DNA of 64,000 nucleotides from Euprymna scolopes (Eukaryota), in the NCBI GenBank assembly GCA_053919585.1, contig CM132819.1; one strand, 5' to 3'. Within the stretch, counting starts at the first letter, position 1. Every line of letters begins with the position of its first letter. Shown here in pieces: positions 40,434 through 52,663 of this stretch. The translations under genes and the position numbers were made by a program. Under the pieces are notes generated by a model. It ran no database searches, was not told the DNA's origin, and saw only the letters and a program-made list of their open reading frames with translations.

Positions 40434-42145
40434 TGGCAGACGGAATGAACACCAAAAAAGAAGCAGACATTGTTTGAAAAAAAAACAATGATAATAAATA
40501 CATTTTGTTAAAACAGAAAAAAAGCAGGTTGAATTCATTTGCGCAGGACGCGGGTTACAGTGTATTAAAAAAAATTTTTTTATGGATTTCCTATCAGGCC
40601 TGTTTATAATAGCAAGTACAAAGGAAGCAAAAAAAAAAAAGAAAAAAAGAAATATTACCACAAAAAACACAGTCGCAACGTAGCGGTTAATAACAAACCA
40701 GACCGAGAGTACACATCTTTAAAAAAGCATTACACCAGTCAGTTAGACAACTGTCATCTTCTTTTCTTCTTGTCTGTTCACTTTTAAATTTCCTTCGGTT
40801 CTTTCAATCATATTTTCATGTTTTGTTGGGATCGTAATTTTCCGTCAATGTTGTTATAATATTAAAGATTAATGCGGGTCGGTTAAGCATTATGGGAAGG
40901 AATGTTGTTTTATACTCAGTTTAAAGTAGCAAATAGCTTGTTTTGTTTTAGAGGAGAAGTTAGAATAAACAATTTTTACTTGAACATAGCTTATATGTTT
41001 CAGGTGAGCTATTTAAGCGGTATCTCCAGTTTTAATTTGAGAAAATTGACTGGAGGTTTTGCAAGACTGGACTAAATGTTTAAACAATTATAACGCGTTA
41101 AAAAATAATATGAGTACTAAAGTAAATACTAAACTATTAATACTAAAAATTACAAATAAGTGTGACTTTATTTCTGTGAAGAGTGGTAATTTTGTACTAG
41201 GCTTATTGGTCGTTTTTATGGCAGATTAAATATAAGGACATTGTTTATTTTACTTTTTTTTAAGAAACTAAAAAAAAAAATGACTCGATCGATCAATGTT
41301 GGGTGACCTCTAAAAAATGTAGGTTTTATTTGCGTAGTTTTGAACCGTGCATTTTTTTTTCGGTATGTTGCTACTTGGATTCAGTACTGAACACTGAAAT
41401 ATTGACATTTACGTCGTTTTAATTTTGACAAGCAAGGCTGCGTAGGTAAAACACTTAACATGAAGGAAAGTATTATGTGAAACTGAAACTCTTTATTGTG
41501 ATAAAGCGCAGCAACTTGCGTTTAACGGTATGATAAAAGTTAAGTGCTTACTAAGCAGTTAAGATAACTGACAGTCCTCGGTTAAAGAGATAGAGAATAT
41601 AAATAAAGACCCATTATTCTGACGACAGTCCGAAAGTTGTCGACAGAATTCGGACTACGAATCAAATTTCCCGAACGCGGAACGTAACCTAGCCATAAGA
41701 TATTAGTGACGGAACTTTTATGATTTTTGATTATTGGAAGCTTAGAAAATAGTGAAAATCGAATTAATAAGTAAATAAACAGTTCTCTCATAATATAATA
41801 CTGCCGATGCTTAATGACAGAGTCAAAATTTGCTTTGGCACATAAAGAAAAAATGCAATGTGTTGATATCCGCATAAATCGGGGTCACAAATAATGCCTC
41901 TGAGGCGTTGGATCACGTGTCAGCCGTAATTGTCTCGAATAATCTCGCCAAATGTAAATGAGCACTAAAGAGACAAAATAGGCTGCAATTGTTTTTATAT
42001 TCACGTTAAACATGAACGGAGTCATAAAAAGAACAAGGGACCGTTTTCTTGTGTGAACTTGTTAATTTTGTTTTCTTGTTTCATTTTAGTTACTCAGGCA
42101 AGTTTAATAAAATTCCTGTAAAATTTTGTTTGGAGAGGGGCGGTA

Positions 42146-42648
42146 TGTAACACAGTACTATGAGCACATGTACAAATATAAGCAGCAGGCATAGGATAAA
42201 TGGCAGCAGAGTTTGGCCACATATGCAAATTTGCAAGTGTTAGCGGGCTTGCGTCATAAGAAAAAGAAAAACTGACAACACGTGACCGAAAAAAAAAGCA
42301 GGCGAGATGGATTGTAAAGTCAAAAGCAGGGAATTGCTGGCTTAAAAGTGGTGTGTATTGTTGTCGGCTAGAAACTTTTAAGCTGGTGTCGAGACGGCAG
42401 GTTTTGTTAATTTCATGGCAGATAAAATTAACAGTAAAAAAATGAAGCATGAATTGTTTGAAATGTAACAGTAATAAATGCGTTTAGCTAAAAGCAGAAA
42501 AAGTCGAATCAGATTTATTTATTTTTGTTTGTTCTTTTGCGACGTATTGGATGTCGTGATGGCCCGAGAGAGATTTGAACTGTAACGACTACGATTCGAG
42601 CGTAACGGCCATGTAATCAATTTACTAAAGTGAGTTCATTATTTCTCA
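42146..42648 (+). mobile_element. Related LTR-like sequence preceded by a polypurine tract
   Basis: PPT ggagagggg(cgg) 42132-42143, starts TGTAACA; putative end tttctCA at 42648. Confidence 0.55.
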
Positions 42649-42799
42649 GTAAAGAAGTGCAAAAGATTTTTCTTTTCGTCTGAAGAATCATTTCCGATTC
42701 TCTCCACACTTCTAAAAATGTTATGTACAATTATAAAAATCTCCCTGGGAAGAACAAAAAAAGTACACATTTCACTTGCATGTAATTAAAGAGAATGAA

Positions 42800-43659
42800 C
42801 AAAATTACATTCATACAATTACAAAATTACATTTATAACTACAATTACAAAATTACATTTATAACTATAATTAAAAAATTGCATTTATAACTACAATTAC
42901 AAAATTACATTTATAACTACAATTACAAAATTACATTTATAACTACAATTACAAAATTACATTTATAACTACAATTATAAAATTACATTTATAACTACAA
43001 TTACAAAATTACATTCATAACTACAATTACAAAATTACATTTATAACTACAATTACAAAATTACATTTATAACTACAATTACAAAATCACATTTATAACT
43101 ACAATTACAAAATTACATTTATAACTACAATTACAAAATTACATTTATAACTACAATTACAAAATTGCATTTATAACTACAATTACAAAATTACATTTAT
43201 AACTACAATTACAAAATTACATTCATAACTACAATTACAAAATTACATTTATAACTACAATTACAAAATTACATTTATACCTACAATTACAAAATTACAT
43301 TTATAACTACAATTACAAAATTACATTCATAACTACAATTACAAAATTACATTTATAACTACAATTACAAAATTACATTTATAACTACAATTACAAAATT
43401 ACATTTATAACTACAATTACAAAATTACATTCATAACTACAATTACAAAATTACATTTATAACTACAATTACAAAATTATATTTATAACTACAATTACAA
43501 AATTACATTTATAACTACAATTACAAAATTACATTTATAACTACAATTACAAAATTACATTTATAACTACAATTACAAAATTACATTCATAACTACAATT
43601 ACAAAATTACATTTATAACTACAATTACAAAATTACATTTATAACTACAATTACAAAAT
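42800..43659. repeat. 26-bp minisatellite, ~33 copies (aattacaaaattacatttataactac)
   Basis: Direct reading; 26-nt period, very homogeneous. Confidence 0.98.
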
Positions 43660-44079
43660 CGCCCCGCGAAGAACAGAAAACACTCTACATACTTGCAAAC
43701 ACTTAGGGGAAAATGTGCGCCCACCAAGAAATATGTTTCTTTTTTTATTCCTGGCTGATTTCTTTGTTAGCAAAAATTAATGCATGTAGAAAACTTTAAT
43801 GGCAACATTAAGTTTCATGGAACAACCGTACATCTAAATAGCTGAACCAGTAACTTGTTCAGATAATTGTATGTTGAATTCATGTTTTGTTTTCGAAAAG
43901 AAAACATATCATTGTGTACTTTCCCATTTGTGCTTGTTTCCAAAGAAACATTAATTGCTGTCATTTTTTGTCTTTGCATTGTTCATTCCTTTTTTCCACA
44001 TAATATAAAACTGCTGTACTAGATAACGATTCTTCTTCATATATGAAAGATTTTCTAAGGATAATCGCTCAATAAATGT

Positions 44080-46300
44080 AGGTCACCATAGATCGGCAAC
44101 AAACGTTCGAAGAAAAGCATCCCTACACCAACAAAAAACTCCGATGAGAACAGCAAAAATTGGAAGAAATACACACACTCCTCTAAGAAAAACCAGCATT
44201 GATTTACATAAATTGCAAATCGAATTAAAATATATATACTTTAGAAAATTAATCTACAACAAGAACAACTTGCAGAATTGCTTGTAAATTCATAATATAG
44301 CTCTATAACCGTTGGAAACGACACAATATTTAAGTTGACCTTATATGAGTCAACAAAACTACAGACCAGGATTATTCAGAGATTATAAAGCTTCTATCGG
44401 CACTTTTCGGGCCGAACACAAACGTTGAAAATGCCTGTATATAGTAAAGGACCATCAGCAAGATTTCCTAACGTTTGCAGCATCAGTGAACACGCCCTGT
44501 AATAATTTCAAACTAGCCGAGCTGACTGTCGATTATTTCAACAGCTTAATATTTGCACAATGAATAGAAGACGCCGAACTCAGACAAGGGGTACGGACCA
44601 AATAAAAAATGAAAATAAAAAAGGACTTACCCTTCAAAAATTGGAAAAGCACGTTCAAGATTAAGCTCTGTCAAGTATGATTTAAAAACGATCGAGGATT
44701 CGGTGTAGCTCAGATTACAATATTAGAAAGCCATTCAACCGCCTATCTCACTTATAAAGGCAAAAGGGAAAGCTCATATCGTAATAGGCAAAATAAATTT
44801 AAAAAAAAAAGATGAATAGGTTAGAGAAAACGCCCGGGTCATGTATACATTCTAGTAAATGAATTTGGACTAAATTTTCTTCAGTTAAGACGACAAAATA
44901 ACATTAAAAATACTCAAAACTCAGTGCTGGTACATGAACAAAAGGATGAAACTGAAAAGTAAAAATAGGCAAATTCAATCAGACAACGTCGGAATTTAAG
45001 AACACATGTGACTGCGGATATTTTCAATATTTCCATTCCGGTTTTTATTGGGTTCTGATCTTTCCATTAACAAATGGCGTGTTTGGCCACAATTAAACGA
45101 CCGGCGCTATCAAAGATGAATTAAACAGTAATATCCGTAACTGGCGAGATTATTAACATCTTTGTCGAAGTAACCCTTAAAGAAAGACTGAACAGAGTTT
45201 CCAAAAAGCTGAAAGCCTTAGTATTAACATCTTAGGTTAACTTCTTCAGAACAGATTGTATAGAAAAGTTCAGTGTATGGTATTTCCTATTTTTGTCGCA
45301 AAATAGAATTCTGTAAAACATAATGTGGAAATGAAGCAACGATTTCTCCAGGGAGTTTTCTTTTCTAGCGGACTCGGGAAATGTTCTAAATTAAAAGGCA
45401 AACTCAAGATGAAGGACGGTGCACAACCGGTATTCAAGAAAAAACGGAATATTCCTTTTCGCTTCCCTTGAGCAGATAAACAAATAATTAGATATGCTTG
45501 AACAAGCAGTTATTCTATCAAAATCAGATTTTAGTGAACAGAAGCACCTACGTTATATAGATATACGGCATCATCACGTTGACACACCGTTTCCAGTCAG
45601 ATCACCGAAGTTAAGCAACGTTGACCCTGGTCATTAAAAAAATGAGTGACCCATTTGGGAAGTCCAGGTGCTGTAAGTAGAAGGACATCGACACCTCCCT
45701 GGAAAAAGTTGCAAAAACCTAACGTCGTCATTTCCCCTACTGGGGATATACATATGACTTGGGACCGCGTGTGAATTTCATACCCCCATGAAACTTCCTC
45801 TTTTGGAGGAAGCGGGTTAAACCCTGATTAGGTTCGGTGCTGACTGCACACACCTACGGTATAGGTAAAAAGAAGTCCAATCAAATACTAATAAGCGTAG
45901 ATTTATCGATAGGGTATAACGATGTCTTGCTGAATCACCATTATCCTCTTCCGAGCCCTGAAGTAATTTTTAAGACTCTAAATTGTGCAAAAATGTTCTC
46001 CAAAATTGACCTCTCAAACACATAGGGTCAGAGTAGAGATTGATGAAGAAAGCATCGTTTGTCAGTATAAATACGCATATAGGGTTGTACTAATGATATA
46101 TCGGTGGCCATTAAGAAGAACACTGGAACCATATATTTAACGTATTCGTGAACGTACAGGTACAAGCGTTTATGGTTAAAGAGGCAAAGTGTAACTTCTT
46201 CTTACCAGCCGCTAAGGTGGCTTCATATAAAGAGACGGTCATCGGCCGAATCAAGGGAGAGCCAACGCGGTCAGAAACATGTCGGTTCCAGATAAATCAC
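44080..46300 (+). mobile_element. Decayed Gypsy (K02A2.6-like) gag-protease-RT
   Basis: gag DFLTFAASVNTPCNNFKLAELTVDYF; protease GSDLSI; RT SGLGKCSKLKGKLKMKDGAQPVFKKKRNIPF and KKKSNQILISVDLSIGYNDVLLNHHYPLPSPEVIFKTLNCAKMFSKIDLS. Confidence 0.9.
45558..45850 (+). mobile_element. 5S rRNA-derived SINE (SINE3-type) with 13-bp TSD
   Basis: 45560-45678 is 5S-like (tacggcatcatcacgttga..gatcaccgaagttaagcaacg..gtgacc..tgggaagtccaggtgctgta), followed by a ~170-bp body; TSD cacctacgttata (45545-57) / cacctacggtata (45851-63). Confidence 0.88.
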
Positions 46301-47719
46301 TCGTTCTAAACGATGACCGAGAGACAAATTAGGAGAAGCTAGAGTAACGGGAGCTGACGGCAAGGCATCCAGGATGCATTGTCTGCTCTCCATATACAAT
46401 GATAAATCTTTCAACAGACACTAGAGAAGAAGGTCTTGCCGACAAAACGTCTACCCCAATCTAGTTACTTGACTAGAGGCCTCCAATGCACTAATAAAGC
46501 AAGTTAGTAGCGCTCCAGAAGCCTTCTGTGTTTTATTTTTATTGCACTGATTACTTATGAAATTATTGTTGTTTTATTCATTTGAATTTGGTTGAAATTG
46601 TAGCAAAACAGGGAACATCAGAGTTATGTACTCCGCTATTTTAAATACAAATGGTTAGATGTGAAGGGATTGATTAATTTATCTGCGTTCTGTTACATAA
46701 AATCGTTAAATTAGTGGAAGAACAAGGGATCAGCATCATGTTTAAAAAATTGAAAATATTCTTCAACTTCAAATATATAAGGTCATCTCTTCGATGAATC
46801 CTATTCAAAGAGTTCACAAAAATGACTAATTTGCATTAGTAAATAGTTCAATTTGCATGGAATCATCTAATTTGTGCTAAAGACAAAGACTTATTCCATG
46901 TGTTTCACCAGACTGTAATTTATGTTTCAGTATTCAAAGCTTTGGCCTCTTGCACAACATAGATAAAATCTTTTGCTGATATAAAAAAAGGAAGACAAAA
47001 GAATCCGTTTGAGATAAGAGATAACAAAAATCATAAATAGTACAAATAGAAGAAAATGAATGAGAAAATACAAAGTACATATGAAACACAAACAATAAAC
47101 ACTGACCAATAAAATAAAAACATTAGCCGGAGCATGTTCTGAACTCTTTACCTCTTATAGATGTTTATGTGTTTTTTATTAATATGCTTTGCTACGTATT
47201 CAAAAATAAGGCGATAGTTGTAAAACTTGATACGTGTTAATACAGTAGAGTTTTTGGGATTCCAATGCGGTAATAAAACAAATAAGGAATGTGGATGAAA
47301 TGCGATAAAGTCTGCGAAAGGATGACGTTAATGAAAACAGCTTCAGCCGAAATGATTTTTTCTCGCAACTAAACTGAAGTAAAAGAATGAACATTAATCG
47401 GAATGGATTTATATAAAATCGTATGCACAGTTTATTTAATTCTTTCATTAGTAACTTTTATATATCGAGCCTTCTAAACATGCATAATTACACACTATAT
47501 TAGCTGATTAATGATGCGCCGATAAAGAATTTTCATTTTATTATAATTCACGTTGCTAGCGATTTAAACACAATATCGAACAGCTCTCTAGACTTAATTC
47601 TCAATTTTAAGAAATACAAGTATTAAAAGAAAACATCTCAGACCACAGGCGATTGAACTCTTTTTCTGGGTCAACGGCCAACTCGCACCGTGTATATTTG
47701 TGTGTGTGTGTGTATATGT

Positions 47720-48030
47720 GTATTGGGGTGGAGAGGGATCCCGTAAGCCGTGGTGAAGGCAACCTTTCTAGGAGAAGCAAATCTCTGATTTAAAAAAACA
47801 ATAAAGTGGAAGACCATTACCCGCATTAAGCTGGTCTGCAGTTTAATTTGTTGCTGGCTATCTTGCTCTTGCTTGTTGCTGGATCTCAACATTTTGAACC
47901 GAGAAAGAGACTTAGCTGTCGTACAAAGCTAAGACTCTGTAACATCATATTTGTATAGATGCTCTCTCAGGCATTTGGGCTCATGGATTTTAAATGGCTG
48001 AGGGAGTGGAACTCGTCTGACAAGACGTTG
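47720..48030 (+). mobile_element. SINE/RTE-related repeat fragment
   Basis: ggcaacctttctaggagaagcaaatctctgattt resembles a motif I recall from invertebrate RTE-related repeats; not verified. Confidence 0.35.
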
Positions 48031-48294
48031 CAATCATCACTGTGTATGTTAATATATGTACTTGTGTATGTAGGTGTATGCATAACTATTTGTATATGTA
48101 TGTCTATATGTATATGTGTATATATTTTATTTATTTATTGTGTATACATGTTTATGTGTGTTTGTATGTATATACGTATATATATTTGTGTGTATGTATA
48201 TGTATATGTATATATGAAAATATATGTATGCGTATAGGTGCATATATATGTATATGTACGTATATGTAGGTAAATGTATATATATATGTGGGTG

Positions 48295-48362
<68 letters not shown>

Positions 48363-48588
48363 ATAGTTATGGGACGATTCCTATATTTTCTTGATTGAAT
48401 TACCGATTCCGTAACAAATTTATGATTCCCATACAATTACAGATTTCGAAGCTAAAACTCTGTTACCTCATCTCTTTATAGATACTTCCTCAGGCATCTG
48501 TCTATAAAAATTGTCCGTGTCGATGGAAAAAGTGTCATGTGTGTATCCCTGAATTGCTGGAAGCATGTAATAATTAATCTGCCATCAT

Positions 48589-48862
48589 TCTATATATGCA
48601 TATGTGTGTATGTATGTATGTATGCATGTATGAATGTATGTAAACACACCCCAAAACACCCAGATACCCACCGATTTTTTAAATTTTAATATCGAAACAG
48701 GCTTATTTAAGCCATTTTTTTACGTGTTCGTTTTATCTGTTTTCATCGTTCGTTTGCCTTACGTTAGTTTTTTGTGTTTTTTCGATGTTTTCATTACCCC
48801 CCCCGCTTAATTAAAACGTTGTTTTCCTTTTTTACTTCGCTTATAACCAACAAACCTACGTT

Positions 48863-48894
<32 letters not shown>

Positions 48895-49101
48895 AACGCT
48901 CGACGACTTCCGGGCGCACACCTGTCAGTTTGGTTCTTACTTAAATAAATTCATCTTTCACTAACTCATTCTTGCTGCCCGATTTTATTTTCAAACTTCG
49001 CCTCAGGGCCTCGGGTTCGACCCCCCTCCCATCCGGTTTCTTTTTTATTTAACACCACACACACCTACAAACACCTGGGCAACGCCGTGTACCCCCGCTA
49101 G
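48589..49101 (+). mobile_element. Non-autonomous Helitron
   Basis: 5' TC, (TATG)n subterminal tract, 3' hairpin cctgggcaacgccgtg then cccccgCTAG followed by T; internal (GTC)n at ~48863-48894. Confidence 0.75.
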
Positions 49102-49756
49102 TTTTATTATAAAATTATAAATATATGGTTTGGAAACAGATAAAACAATGTATTTAATTCTTTGTTATTATGTTGTTATGATTTACTATTTTTAAAACTG
49201 AAAGCGACTTTATAATAACGGTTAATATATTGGCTAATTGAGTGGTACAGAATTTTCTGATAAATGTGGAAACGATGTCTGGAATGAATAGAACGGAGGT
49301 TATGATACGGAGTTATTAACTATGTTTTAATCTGAAAGAATGTATCTCGATGGTGAATATTACAATCTATAATTCAATTAAATAGCATTATTATGAAAAT
49401 GAGAAATGGCATATATTTTTGTCAACTGGTTACTTCCACAAGGCGACAGAATTTAAATAGGGAATAATTCACTAATATATTTATATAAACGAAATCATAT
49501 GAAAACTATATTTTAATAGGCCATGAATCAGATTTGTAAAACTGTAGTTAATTTATAGATTTTATTCGGAAACATTACTGGGTAGATACTAATAGTATTT
49601 AAAAAATAGAATGTATTGTAAAATGACAAATACCAAACTGGCAATCGTAACGAGTTTTATAAAAAAAATGAATCTGAGTATTTTTATTTATTCATTTGTC
49701 AATGATGCTTAGTGTGAATTATCACATCATCCGGTCATTGTTATGAAAGCTATTAA

Positions 49757-49770
49757 CGCCATCTGGTGAC
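49757..49770 (-). promoter_or_regulatory. CTCF-like motif
   Basis: Minus strand gtcaccagatggcg versus bilaterian CTCF core CCACCAGATGGCG (1 mismatch); motif match only. Confidence 0.3.
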
Positions 49771-50202
49771 TAGGGCTCATAACAATTTACCGTCGATGAC
49801 AGCAGCAGCTACCGGTAACAATGAGAAGCAGGCCATCCGAACAAACTCTAGGCTCTGTTGTCAGTGATGACACCAAGCGACAATGAGTTGTCAACGGGAA
49901 TAATTGCTGGGAATAGGCTTTTCAAAGGGTTGGGGAGTTTCGCTGTTGAGAACGCGAAAATTCCAATTGTGAAAACATCAAAATCGCCCCTCATTTTAAT
50001 CGACCGGACCGATAGTCAAGATCCTTCAATAGGTCTTTCTGTGCAATATTCTATANNNNNNNNNNNNNNNNNNNNNNNNNNNNNNNNNNNNNNNNNNNNN
50101 NNNNNNNNNNNNNNNNNNNNNNNNNNNNNNNNNNNNNNNNNNNNNNNNNNNNNNNNNNNNNNNNNNNNNNNNNNNNNNNNNNNNNNNNNNNNNNNNNNNN
50201 NN

Positions 50203-50262
50203 CGATTAAGCTACACTGAATATTCTGCGTTTCATCCACTGTAGGATTCGTCAGGCTTAGGC
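50203..50262 (-). ncRNA. Type I hammerhead ribozyme (mirror copy)
   Basis: Minus strand taagc CTGACGA atcc-tacagt-ggat GAAA cgc-agaatattca-gt GTA gctta; predicted cleavage between 50212 and 50211. Confidence 0.88.
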
Positions 50263-50324
50263 GCATAAGCCTGACGAATCCTACAGTAGATGAAACGCAG
50301 AATATTCAGTGTAGCTTAATCGCC
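50260..50324 (+). ncRNA. Type I hammerhead ribozyme
   Basis: ggcg-ca-taagc CTGACGA atc-ctacagta-gat GAAA cgc-agaatattca-gt GTA gctta-at-cgcc; predicted cleavage after 50313. Confidence 0.88.
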
Positions 50325-50448
50325 ATATATATTTTATAGATTACTAACTAGCTCTACCTACGTATTGAGCACTTTTGAAGTAAATACTTAAAGTTTACGC
50401 ATAAATCTATACTTTCGTATATTAAATTTGTGTGAGTAAATGAAGTAG

Positions 50449-50493
<45 letters not shown>

Positions 50494-51420
50494 TCGTGAT
50501 CAAATTTTAAATTCTGAAAAAACAACATATACAGATATATTCGATTTAAGAATTTATTGTTTGACAAAAGGAATATATAGAAGGGGGTATTTTCATTTCC
50601 TTAATCCATGGATGTTCAACAATGGCTCATATCATCAGAGGAAATGAAATGCAGATAGCAAAATGTTCAGTTGCGAATGGACACTATTTTGCTTTTTAGC
50701 ACAATTATTGAAAATAGTTTTTTGAGTGATTGTGGATAATTATATGGAGAAAATTATACTAAAAGAGAATTTGATACAACCTGGGTAATCCATTTAAAAT
50801 TTAAACAGGAAACTTATATATTGCTCTATTCTTAAATATTGAGCTTTTCCTTTTTGGCTCGGGTCAGCTTGAAAGTATTGCTTCAAGTAATATCTATCAG
50901 GATTTTTCATCTGAATTCTATCANNNNNNNNNNNNNNNNNNNNNNNNNNNNNNNNNNNNNNNNNNNNNNNNNNNNNNNNNNNNNNNNNNNNNNNNNNNNN
51001 NNNNNNNNNNNNNNNNNNNNNNNNNNNNNNNNNNNNNNNNNNNNNNNNNNNNNNNNNNNNNNNNNNNNNNNNNNNNNNNNNNNNNNNNNNNNNNGTGTGT
51101 CTTTTATTTTAATCATCACATATAAAAATAATCAGATATAAACAGATATTTCACATATGTCGTAAAAAGTAACGTGTTCATTTAAAAATGTGAATTGTTA
51201 CAAAAAAACTCACTACTAATAAGAAAATATGTATATCAGTCTGAGCATCAATACGTTTATCTGTAGTTGGCTTATTTATGTATCGTGCGATTTATTTTCT
51301 CGGTGTTTGTGCTTGTAATACACACAAAAACATGTTTCATATATTTGTATTCATTTATTTTATTATTATGATTTTGAAATTACGTTTATAAATATTTTCT
51401 TTCTTAGTAAATTTTTGTTA

Positions 51421-51641
51421 TAATCTTTACAATTGTCCTTGTTCTTATTATTTATTTCTGTTTTAATATATGTGGTGATGTTTTAAGTAATACTTTGTTA
51501 TTTCGGTCCTCTAGTTTTTTTTAGAAACGAGAGAAGCGAAATAGCAAACGTATGTATATTCAAAACAAACTATTCTTTCAAACATCACAACATATAAAAA
51601 ACAGAAATAAATAATAAAAACAAGGGCAATTGTAAAGATTA
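51421..51641. mobile_element. ~220-bp foldback/MITE-like palindrome
   Basis: taatctttacaattgtccttgttcttattatttatttctgtttt ... aaaacagaaataaataataaaaacaagggcaattgtaaagatta; inner arms tttgttatttcg / cgaaatagcaaa. Confidence 0.85.
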
Positions 51642-52082
51642 CGATGGTTTTACAAATTTAGGATAGCTAATTTCACGTTCAAACACAGTGTTCACGAGTT
51701 GTCTAAGCATGCACGTGTACTTTCATGAGATAGTATTTTCAACTCGACTATCATCCCACAACAACTTGCTACAATCTCAACCAAATTCAAATGAATAAAA
51801 CAACAATAATTTCATAAGTAATCAGTGCAAATCTGTTCTGTAGCTGCTGTAAAACAATGATAATGGTGATAATAAAATATTTAATGATAGCACCAACGAA
51901 AAAATAATTGCACTTACTACCTACATTTACTTATTACTAAGAACTGTCGAAGTAAATGGTGAAAATAGATACATAAAATTCATGTTGATACATAAAATAA
52001 ATATACATATATATGATTAGAATCATAACTATGTATGCATTGTTTATTTATTTCCTTATGTACAGAATATTTTTCAGGATAC

Positions 52083-52122
<40 letters not shown>

Positions 52123-52627
52123 CTGTTATTTTTGTAAATTTTTAATTTTCAATCATATTTTACCTTTTGTTGACATCTGTATTATTTAGAAGCTCAATAT
52201 TCGTTACATATAACAACAGATCATACATAAAAATATAACTGAATCTCCACCATCTACGTTCCAAATACGTTTTTTTTACTAAACTTTTTTTCTAGCGAAA
52301 CTGAAAGCAAAATAATAATCTGTATTAAATAGTCTCATTGATAAAAATGATAGCTAATGTGACAAGAACTAGAATCTCAGATACCTATGCAAATATACTA
52401 GAAATAACGTATAGCAAGTGTTTTAGCTTCATATAGACATTCATAACATTTTATTAAATAAGTATGTTTTTGATAATTAACACATGTTGAATCAACTAAT
52501 AAATATACATTTTGTCATAATTTATTTGTAAACACAATATTATGAGTAAGTCATTTGAAGAAGTAATTTATAAAGAAAAAGATTCTATATATTCAGCAAT
52601 GAGGAAATATTTATATATATATATATG

Positions 52628-52663
<36 letters not shown>

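Larger units (their letters stand above)
50203..50450. mobile_element. Palindromic PLE-type hammerhead element, copy 2 (well preserved)
   Basis: 57-bp arms 50203-50259 / 50266-50322 with one mismatch and loop ggcgca; same ~125-bp tail as copy 1; ends in (TA)n. Confidence 0.9.

Noticed and set aside
41617-41656. CTGACGA-cagtcc-GAAA-gttGTC and interleaved inverted repeats (possible pseudoknot)
   Set aside because: Hammerhead stems do not pair, and the pseudoknot would need a zero-length loop across an 11-bp stem.
45560-45678. Functional 5S rRNA gene
   Set aside because: C-box region is mutated, there is no oligo-T terminator, and it is fused to a body and flanked by a TSD.
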